A stretch of DNA of 57,815 nt from Candidatus Nomurabacteria bacterium (GCA_040376695.1 JBEIQD010000004.1:1-57815); one strand, 5' to 3'. Numbered from the stretch's first letter, positions 1 through 6,100 are shown. Translations and numbers: made by a program. The notes: a model not told the origin generated them from the letters alone.

Positions 1-141
1 GTTCTTTTACGAGTTACTAATCGTCATGCTCATTGCAGTACCGGTTACTTTAGTTTTAGGAGTTTTAACCAATCTAGTTTGGGGAGACTCGTTATTTAGT
101 GATATGGGCGCTTTCTACTTCATTACAGCCGGGTCGCTTAA
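1..141. repeat. Terminal direct repeat copy 1 (identical to 57675..57815)
   Basis: nt 1-141 (gttcttttacgag...gggtcgcttaa) recur exactly as the last 141 nt of the window; implies a closed/circular contig with a 57,674 bp unit. Confidence 0.95.
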
Positions 142-175
142 CTTAATGAATGCTTTCTCTCGTATTTTTGAATAA
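2..175 (+). CDS. small hydrophobic membrane protein, 3' part (ORF starts at 57664 across the junction; 61 aa in total)
   Basis: Frame continues from ATG 57664 through the repeat to TAA 173-175; hydrophobic sequence FFYELLIVMLIAVPVTLVLGVL. Confidence 0.5.
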   Translation, partial: FFYELLIVMLIAVPVTLVLGVLTNLVWGDSLFSDMGAFYFITAGSLNLMNAFSRIFE

Positions 176-188
176 GGAGGAAAATAAT

Positions 189-248
189 ATGAGTGTCTTT
201 CTTTTATTCTCTGTGATGATGTTGTTTATATTGATAGCAGATGATTAA
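189..248 (+). CDS. 19-aa hydrophobic micro-ORF (MSVFLLFSVMMLFILIADD)
   Basis: AAGGAGG 8 nt upstream of ATG 189; last ORF before the terminator. Confidence 0.3.
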   Translation: MSVFLLFSVMMLFILIADD

Positions 249-455
249 GCCCTTAACGGGGCTTTTTTATTTGTCTATTAATAGTATATTTAATGTGCCG
301 TAGGCACGATAACCAAAGTATCAACTAAATAATCAAAAGGAATAAATTAAGGAAAGAATTTTAAAAGGAAAACAATTAAGAAAATAATGAGAAAGCAAAG
401 AATTTCAAAAGGGAGGAAGCAATCACGAAGTGATTATAATAAGGGTTAACCTCTT
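245..455 (-). ncRNA. Candidate CU-rich small RNA transcribed from the consensus promoter at 462..490
   Basis: No ORF or SD downstream of a perfect promoter; UUCG-capped hairpin (421..435); four UCC-rich motifs including GCUUCCUCCC. The 3' end is undefined (hairpins at 295..307 and 248..263). Confidence 0.3.
248..270 (+). terminator. Rho-independent terminator ending the plus-strand operon
   Basis: Hairpin AGCCC-ttaacg-GGGCT followed by TTTTTT. Confidence 0.7.
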
Positions 456-461
456 AAAACC

Positions 462-490
462 ATTATAACAATATATAAAAATCCTGTCAA
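462..490 (-). promoter_or_regulatory. Perfect sigma-A/sigma-70 consensus promoter (TTGACA-17 nt-TATAAT)
   Basis: Minus strand reads ttgacaggatttttatatattgttataat; -35 at 485..490, -10 at 462..467, 17-nt spacer counted. Confidence 0.65.
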
Positions 491-546
491 ATTATTCTGA
501 GAAAGCAATCTTTTAAATGTGTCTAACTTGTGACAGATTAGGTTAT

Positions 547-1037
547 ATGCACGAATGTGCGTTTAATAGCCCTTTAGAGGACGAGCAAGCCAAACAGGTA
601 TCATAGTATTACTTGCACGGTTACAAAGGCAGGAGCAAGCCTTTAAATGCACAGTTATATGCACGGTTACAGATAATTTACTCATGCACGGTTAAATGCG
701 AGTTAAATGGGGGTTAATGATGCACTGTTGGCTTTCTCGTTACGTCCGGGTTAAATGACGGGTTACAACGGGGTTACTTATGCACGGTTACACACAGCTT
801 AATGCCGGGTTACATAATTTGAGATTCTCAAAAAATGAAATTTTAAAAAATTGATATTAGAGATTTATCTACCATACCACGACGGACTCACCCCGCTTCC
901 AAAATCTGGTGGGAACTTTTTATAAGTAAGTAACTTAAAGTAACCCGCACATTAAAAGTAAGTATACTAATATAACATGGCAGTGGTCAGACAACCGTAC
1001 AACTGGGGTTACATCGGGGTTACATGCACGGTACAAC
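547..1037 (+). repeat. Directional iteron-like array (ATGCAC[G/A]GTTAC and (C)GGGGTTAC units) flanking an AT-rich segment at 815..870
   Basis: ATGCAC starts in this span at 547, 647, 659, 684, 720, 780, 1024 (further copies at 1130, 1175, 1208, 1252, 1442, 1735, 1758). GGTTAC/GGTTAA units are dense in 613..1022. Confidence 0.8.
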
Positions 1038-1847
1038 TACCACTAGCTAATAGATATACAACCATAGTAACCCGTCACTATAACACGATAGTAATAGCAC
1101 AATAGTATACAACTATAACAACACACCACATGCACACTATACCCATATAATACTAGGTATTATAGTACTATACCATGCACAGTATACCACCATACTATAC
1201 CTATATAATGCACAGTTGTGCGGGTAAACTATACCCCTATAATGATACTACATGCACCATACAACTACATACTATACCGCTATAACAACACTTATATATA
1301 TAAGTATAATACCCGGCTTACTCATAGTGCATTACTTACTAAAAGTACCTAGATAATCTAAAGTAAATCACTTACAAAAAGTAAGCGAATAACCAAACGA
1401 AAGTCACTTACAAATGGTAAGCGAATCACATAGAATAACCTATGCACATACCTATAGCTACTTACTTTAAGTACATAGCACATCCTTATATACCTACTTA
1501 CTAATAGTGAGCAGGCTCTCTTTCATAACGTACTTACTATTAGTACACAAGGGGTATTTGCAGTAACTTACTTACTTTTAATAAGTGTCGGGTATATGAA
1601 GTTCATAATGTACTATTAGTAAGTGACTTACTTTTAGTAACCCGACGACCGGAACTTTACTATTAGTAACCTACTTACTTTAAGTAACTGCATACGATAT
1701 ACAAAAAAGTGCATACTCATAAAGATGTATATTTATGCACTGAATTATTGGATGATTATGCACAAAAGTGTATATACATATTACTTCCAACAACACCGAA
1801 ATAATAGGCAATAACTAGGAGAAAGCAAGCCACTTACTAAAAGTAAC
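924..1847. repeat. About 13 dispersed copies of the palindrome TTACT-N3-AGTAA
   Basis: Examples: 1334..1348, 1459..1474, 1494..1509, 1531..1546, 1610..1624, 1625..1641, 1655..1670, 1671..1688, 1831..1847. Two 23-mers tcacttacaaaNNgtaagcgaat at 1368..1390 and 1404..1426. Confidence 0.8.
1130..1316. repeat. Seven ACTATACC units (GGTATAGT on the minus strand), several followed by TATAAT
   Basis: cactatacccatataat, tactatacca, cagtatacca, atactatacctatataat, aactatacccctataat, tactataccgctataac, agtataatacccgg. Confidence 0.7.
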
Positions 1848-2015
1848 GACGTCTATTTCATCGTTTTTAAGCCCTGCTTCTCACTGAGCCTTATCTTACT
1901 ATTCATTCAGAATTTGACACCTCTTAAACGGGCTAAAAACAGCCTTCTCGTACAAATTCGTCTCTTTTGAACCAGTGCATATTCTCGACCGAGATTAGAT
2001 TGCATAAACGGTGTT

Positions 2016-2079
2016 AGACGTCAGACTTCTAGTTTGGAGACATCCAGTTGAATAAGTAAGACGTCAGACCTCTAATTTG
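2016..2079 (+). repeat. Two 21-nt direct repeats agacgtcagacYtctaRtttg
   Basis: Copies at 2016..2036 and 2059..2079; they share the GTCAGAC core with sites at 3250, 3304 and 3431. Confidence 0.7.
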
Positions 2080-2082
2080 AAC

Positions 2083-2106
2083 AAAAAAAAGAGAGCTTTC
2101 GCTCTC
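2083..2106 (-). terminator. Rho-independent terminator ending the minus-strand gene series
   Basis: Minus strand: GAGAGC-gaaa-GCTCTC followed by TTTTTTTT. Confidence 0.75.
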
Positions 2107-2449
2107 AGTTGCATTGAGTTTCATATCCAAACCCTACCATGTTGTCGAACTCATACAGGACGCATTCTTGACCCCAAACGATTGCAAGGTTTTCTGCCAT
2201 AGCTTTAATATCCTTAATCGTCACTTCCATCGGATTTACCGCCGTTTTGACCGTGTAACCCTTTTCCCGGATAACAAGCCCTGTACTGCCAATCCATGAG
2301 CCGTCATGCTCTAAGACCGTACAACCACCGAATTGAGCGGAAATGAGAGAGTGAGTGGACGCAAGCCGAACAATCCGAAGTTCTTCTGAAATATCGTTTC
2401 CGTTTGCATCGAACTGAGTTCCAATTGTAAAGATTGCCATTTTTAACAT
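2105..2449 (-). CDS. hypothetical protein (114 aa), last minus-strand gene
   Basis: Long ORF followed directly by a terminator; no motif recognised. Confidence 0.6.
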   Translation of the reverse strand: MLKMAIFTIGTQFDANGNDISEELRIVRLASTHSLISAQFGGCTVLEHDGSWIGSTGLVIREKGYTVKTAVNPMEVTIKDIKAMAENLAIVWGQECVLYEFDNMVGFGYETQCN

Positions 2450-2531
2450 AATAAGCGCTTCCTTTCGTCTTGCAGGTAGTAACGGGTTAACCGTTCTATG
2501 AGAAGCCCCACAGAGGGCTTCCTAACAACGT

Positions 2532-2852
2532 TTAACGGTCTGATTCCTCTTTGCAACCAACCATATAGCCGTCGATTGACTTCCAGTTCATTCCATCCGA
2601 TGCCATTTTCAGGACTCTTTTCAATGTCGAACGTTTGACCTCTTTTTCATCACCATTGTTCGGATTTACCATTGCATCGCCGTTTGAACAAAACGAGCAT
2701 CCGGCTAGACCAAACCGCCAAAACACTTCCACAACGTCATCCTCATGCCAAAACGTATCGTGTGCCATTTCAAGGGTTTTCATTGGAATACGAGCCGATT
2801 TGAACGCTTTAGTAATAATTACCATTTCTTCCGGTGTTAGTTCGAGTTTCAT
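2532..2852 (-). CDS. hypothetical protein (106 aa)
   Basis: ATG 2852 preceded by ctaGGAGGaattaac; the track ORF extends to 2882. Confidence 0.6.
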   Translation of the reverse strand: MKLELTPEEMVIITKAFKSARIPMKTLEMAHDTFWHEDDVVEVFWRFGLAGCSFCSNGDAMVNPNNGDEKEVKRSTLKRVLKMASDGMNWKSIDGYMVGCKEESDR

Positions 2853-2933
2853 GTTAATTCCTCCTAGTTTTTGGTAGGTCACAAGATTTGGGCAGATTCC
2901 CAGAATTTGGGGAAAAGCTGGTTTTCTTGTGCC

Positions 2934-2953
2934 TGTACTTAATATATGCCCTG
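2934..2953 (-). promoter_or_regulatory. Variant of the conserved phage box (cagGGCATATATTAAGTACA)
   Basis: About 80 nt upstream of the 2852 start; matches the box consensus except 3-4 positions. Confidence 0.4.
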
Positions 2954-3037
2954 TGGGCTGAAATTAAAACCCCATATTCCAAAATAAATCAAGTGTCACA
3001 AAATGTTCACAATTAGATATTTATTTTAGTGAAACAC

Positions 3038-3066
3038 TTGACAAATCCGATGAAGTTTGATATTTG
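3038..3066 (+). promoter_or_regulatory. Sigma-A-like promoter (TTGACA-17-TATTTG with a TGn extension), no ORF downstream
   Basis: TTGACA at 3038..3043, tGaTATTTG at 3058..3066. Confidence 0.3.
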
Positions 3067-3131
3067 CGTGTGCGCTCGCACATTATTATAGGAAAGCATT
3101 TTCCCTTAACACAATTCGATAAATCCGTCAA

Positions 3132-3150
3132 GGGGTAATATATTGACATT
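3132..3150 (+). promoter_or_regulatory. Plus-oriented variant of the conserved box (GGGGTAATATATTGACATT)
   Basis: First 13 nt fit the box; no ORF downstream. Confidence 0.3.
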
Positions 3151-3341
3151 GGAATGTGAAATAAAGGGGTTTGAATCTTTTTTAGTTGCATGATACAAAC
3201 AACTGTTCACTAACACACTTCGATGATAAAGTCAAGATGTTTATAAGATGTCAGACCGGGTAAAGACATATACGAACAAAAAACCGAACATCTTTGGTAG
3301 GAGGTCTGACCTCTCTATACAAGCGCCAGTTTCGACGGCTT

Positions 3342-3406
3342 GTTATACCTGTATAACTTATTCTGAGTTATATTGATATAACGAATTGTCGTTATACTGA
3401 TATAAC
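3342..3406. promoter_or_regulatory. Three 16-bp palindromes GTTATA-N4-TATAAC (operator-like triplet)
   Basis: gttatacctgtataac 3342..3357, gttatattgatataac 3367..3382, gttatactgatataac 3391..3406; centre spacing 25 and 24 bp; flanked by AGGTCTGAC at 3302 and 3429. Confidence 0.6.
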
Positions 3407-3489
3407 TCTTTTTCATGTTTAGAGAACAGAGGTCTGACAACATACCACCAGTCTGCAATCACAAGAAAAAGGTATTTTCATATTGCTTT

Positions 3490-3740
3490 TCAATTGTCAG
3501 AATAGTGTCGATTTAAAGAATATTTAAATTGTCAGAATATTCTACAATGAAAGACAATTGAAAAAGTACCTTCTTTTTTTGTGGAAAAAAATAAAGCATT
3601 AAAAGCGATTAGCAAGTTTTATCCGGCGGCGTGACGACGACATGACGATGAACGAGTGAGAAGAAGTTGACGAGATGAGAAGAACGAGAGAGAAAGAGAG
3701 TGATGAGAAGAAAAGACGAGAAAGCAAGTAAAAGAGAGTA
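3490..3740. repeat. Non-coding module copy A, proximal blocks (TTGTCAGAATA boxes, TTTTTTTGTGGAAAA, GC-rich patch, polypurine tract)
   Basis: Block-wise similarity to 7010..7230 (ttgtcagaatagtgtc, tttttttgtggaaaa, gaagaagttga[c/g]gag); about 110-nt purine-rich run at 3630..3740. Confidence 0.7.
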
Positions 3741-3991
3741 AAGCTAAATGACTTTTTTGACTATAGAGCTATGAGAATGCTGTTTTAAGCTACAGTAGCC
3801 CCACCACTAATAGTAGGATAACCACCCCACTACAGAGAAGCTCTTAGAGGGCATATAAGAGAGATTTTAAGAGATTGCTTTCTCATTCTTTCAAGAAAAA
3901 GTCTGAAAAACTTTAGAAAAACCGGTTTAAAATCTTGATAAAAAGGGTAAAAATGTTGTAAGAATGTCTTGAAATTCTTTGAAAAACCATG

Positions 3992-4015
3992 AGAAAAACC
4001 CTCAAATTTTGAGGG
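3992..4015 (-). terminator. Rho-independent terminator following A-tract array A
   Basis: Minus strand: CCCTCAAA-a-TTTGAGGG followed by TTTTTC. Confidence 0.6.
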
Positions 4016-4084
4016 AAAATCTCTCTTATTTTGTCCGAATTTCATCGAAATAATAGGGAATATTTTCCGAATTATTTTGAGATT

Positions 4085-4240
4085 TTGGGCTGAATTTTCC
4101 AGTGAATTTCCGGTGAAATTTGGCTGAATTTTTTGCCGTATTTTTTTCGGATTTTTTTTGAACTTTTTTCTGCATTTTTTCTGAATTTTTTTTGTGCTTT
4201 TTTTCGAGTTTTTTCCACACTTTTTCTGCGATTTTTTTAA
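4085..4240. repeat. Phased T-tract (A-tract on the sense strand) array A
   Basis: 10 runs of >=5 T starting at 4129, 4141, 4152, 4164, 4175, 4186, 4198, 4209, 4221, 4232 (mean spacing about 11.4 bp); homologous to 7590..7810. Confidence 0.85.
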
Positions 4241-4416
4241 GAAGTAAGCGAGTGTGTTTTCTCAATTGTAACACCCTCCAAAGAGTTGATAAACTTGACC
4301 GCTTCTTTCTCAGTGTCATAGTGAGATTCAAATAATATTTTAGTAAACATCCGGCAACGGACTGTATAACCGTCTTTCTCATTGCCGATGATATAGACCT
4401 TGATTGATTTTCTCAT
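4237..4416 (-). CDS. hypothetical small protein (59 aa)
   Basis: GGAG SD, TAATG overlap with the upstream gene; non-repetitive sequence. Confidence 0.55.
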   Translation of the reverse strand: MRKSIKVYIIGNEKDGYTVRCRMFTKILFESHYDTEKEAVKFINSLEGVTIEKTHSLTS

Positions 4417-4808
4417 TACCATTTCACTCCTTGAACTAGGATTTGACCTTTAGCATTGATGACTGCAATAAAAGAGCGAGAAACCGGGTTTAATGACTCT
4501 TTATCATAGAAGTAAGGGAAACGATAGGGGTTGTAACTGACTAATACGGTGTTTATTCCTCTATTGATAAACAAGTTGTTAGCATAGTAGCCGACGACGA
4601 AAGCATGAACGTTCTTCCGACCTTCTTTCAAGACTCTCGCTCTGCCTTTTCGATTGACTTGGAAATCTGCCGCTAACAGCGTGATTGAATCAGCATGGGC
4701 AACAACTAATCCGTTTTGCATAACAGAGAGCTTGCCGTTATTGAGGTTACGATAAACTTTAACCTTTTTATCATTGTCGATAGAACGTCCTTTATAAGAT
4801 GTAATCAT
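4416..4808 (-). CDS. hypothetical protein (130 aa)
   Basis: ATG 4808 after GAAAGGA SD; the conserved box lies 34 nt upstream. Confidence 0.6.
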   Translation of the reverse strand: MITSYKGRSIDNDKKVKVYRNLNNGKLSVMQNGLVVAHADSITLLAADFQVNRKGRARVLKEGRKNVHAFVVGYYANNLFINRGINTVLVSYNPYRFPYFYDKESLNPVSRSFIAVINAKGQILVQGVKW

Positions 4809-4842
4809 TTTAACCATCCTTTCAATTTTAGGCTTAATTGCT

Positions 4843-4862
4843 TGATAGTAGTATTTACCCCG
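4843..4862 (-). promoter_or_regulatory. Conserved phage box, exact 20-mer CGGGGTAAATACTACTATCA
   Basis: Identical 20-mer also at 17903..17922 (-) and 51573..51592 (+). Confidence 0.6.
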
Positions 4863-4886
4863 TACTATCAAGCTATAAACCGAAAA

Positions 4887-5183
4887 TCAGAAATTAGTTG
4901 ATTCGACTCGTTCAATTTTTGTGATGTCGCCGTTGCCATCGACTCCGATTCTTAAAGTCTCATGTTCAGCATATTTTCCATCATCCGGAAGAAGTACAGA
5001 GTAATCTTCCAATGCTCTATCAACTGCCTGTGCTTCGACATAATTGTCCTCTTTGTTGTCGGTTACGATATAGATAGAGGTTGTCAATGTTTCAGTCTGA
5101 ACAATTTCCTCTTTGTGAGATGAGTAAGCCGAACCTGCCGTAATACCGACTGCAACTAATAGTAATACGAGTGTCTTTTTCAT
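4887..5183 (-). CDS. secreted or membrane-anchored small protein (98 aa)
   Basis: N-terminal signal/TM segment MKKTLVLLLVAVGITAGSAYS. Confidence 0.55.
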   Translation of the reverse strand: MKKTLVLLLVAVGITAGSAYSSHKEEIVQTETLTTSIYIVTDNKEDNYVEAQAVDRALEDYSVLLPDDGKYAEHETLRIGVDGNGDITKIERVESTNF

Positions 5184-5521
5184 TATAATTTCCCTCCTAA
5201 GATGTTTCGTCCGTGAATGTTAAACTTGTAATGACCACTCATACCGAGAACGATTAACAGAGCGTTAATGGCATCTCTGTCAGAAGAAGAATAGACCGCT
5301 ACTGATACATTTTCTTCACCGAATATATTGTATGAGATTGTCAAGATTGGCGTTCCATAATGGAATAGAGTCAGATGGTTTTCGAGTTTGTCCGACTTAT
5401 CGGCTGTAAGTTCGTAAGTCCGATGTTTGGCATAAGCGGTTGTTTCTCCGATTGCATCCGAGCGTTTCATAGAGCGTTTGACTTTTTCAAGTAGCGTTTT
5501 CATTCCGATTGTTGGTAACAT
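5183..5521 (-). CDS. hypothetical protein (112 aa)
   Basis: ORF tightly packed between neighbours. Confidence 0.55.
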   Translation of the reverse strand: MLPTIGMKTLLEKVKRSMKRSDAIGETTAYAKHRTYELTADKSDKLENHLTLFHYGTPILTISYNIFGEENVSVAVYSSSDRDAINALLIVLGMSGHYKFNIHGRNILGGKL

Positions 5522-5522
5522 T

Positions 5523-6026
5523 TTAGATAACCCCTTTCAGATTTGAGAAGATAGTTTCAATTGCTTCTATAGTATCATATTTCCCCTTGTTGTATGAACC
5601 TAAACACTTTTCCATAACTTTTTTTAGATTTAAGAAAGAAAGTTTTGAGATGTAACCATTATCCAATGCCCACCCGATTCCAATTTCCCAAGCTCTCATT
5701 TCATATTCGAAAGTGTTTTTAGCATACTTTCCGCCGTAAGCATTTACATCAGCGTGATAATTGAGAGCATCGTAAGCATGACCTAACTCATGTAACAGGA
5801 TATAAATGTAAATCCGGTTACCATCAAAGTTCTCGTATTTATTAGGGTCAAGTCTGATTCCTTTGATAGAGTTGTTGGTGCGATTGATTAAGATACACCC
5901 TGCGCCGACTTTACCGGGAATACTTTCGATTATCAACGGAATGTTAACATCTTGTTGTTTGTTGAATCTTTCAACCATTTCTACTACAGTTTGTCCGATG
6001 GTTTTAGTACGAGTTTGGAAATACAT
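5523..6026 (-). CDS. putative zinc metallopeptidase (HExxH), paralog 1
   Basis: LLHELGHAYD followed by EMRAWEIG; same pattern as the 6101..6694 product. Confidence 0.5.
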   Translation of the reverse strand: MYFQTRTKTIGQTVVEMVERFNKQQDVNIPLIIESIPGKVGAGCILINRTNNSIKGIRLDPNKYENFDGNRIYIYILLHELGHAYDALNYHADVNAYGGKYAKNTFEYEMRAWEIGIGWALDNGYISKLSFLNLKKVMEKCLGSYNKGKYDTIEAIETIFSNLKGVI

Positions 6027-6060
6027 ATTGCATCCTCCTTTTTAATAAGTGCTTAATTGT

Positions 6061-6081
6061 CTGATAGTTATATATTCCCGA
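6061..6081 (-). promoter_or_regulatory. Conserved box variant (tCGGGAATATATAACTATCAG)
   Basis: 19-mer ctgatagttatatattccc shared with 6731..6749; 34 nt upstream of the start. Confidence 0.55.
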
Positions 6082-6100
6082 ACTATCAGACTATAAACGC

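Noticed and set aside
2493-2513. Hairpin GAAGCCC-cacaga-GGGCTTC between genes 2532 and 2449, considered as a terminator.
   Set aside because: There is no U-run on either strand. It may be an RNA stability or processing hairpin, but a terminator call is not supported.
2869-2892. Shared words GACCTACCAAAA and CCCAAATCT (sense strand) in the 5' leaders of gene 2532..2852 and the holin gene (25992..26027), as a possible common regulatory element.
   Set aside because: There are only two loci and the words appear in opposite order. 9-12-mers recur by chance in a 58-kb genome, so the evidence is too weak without statistics.
3342-3406. The operator-like triplet taken as evidence of a lysogeny switch or temperate lifestyle.
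   Set aside because: No integrase, excisionase, CI/Cro-like pair or attP-like site was recognised anywhere. The palindromes are kept as a regulatory finding only.
4843-4862. Resemblance of the box 3' half (ATACTACTATCA) to T7/SP6-type promoters (GACTCACTATAG), which would imply a single-subunit phage RNA polymerase.
   Set aside because: No ORF in the genome is large enough and unassigned to be such a polymerase. A sigma-like factor is present instead.
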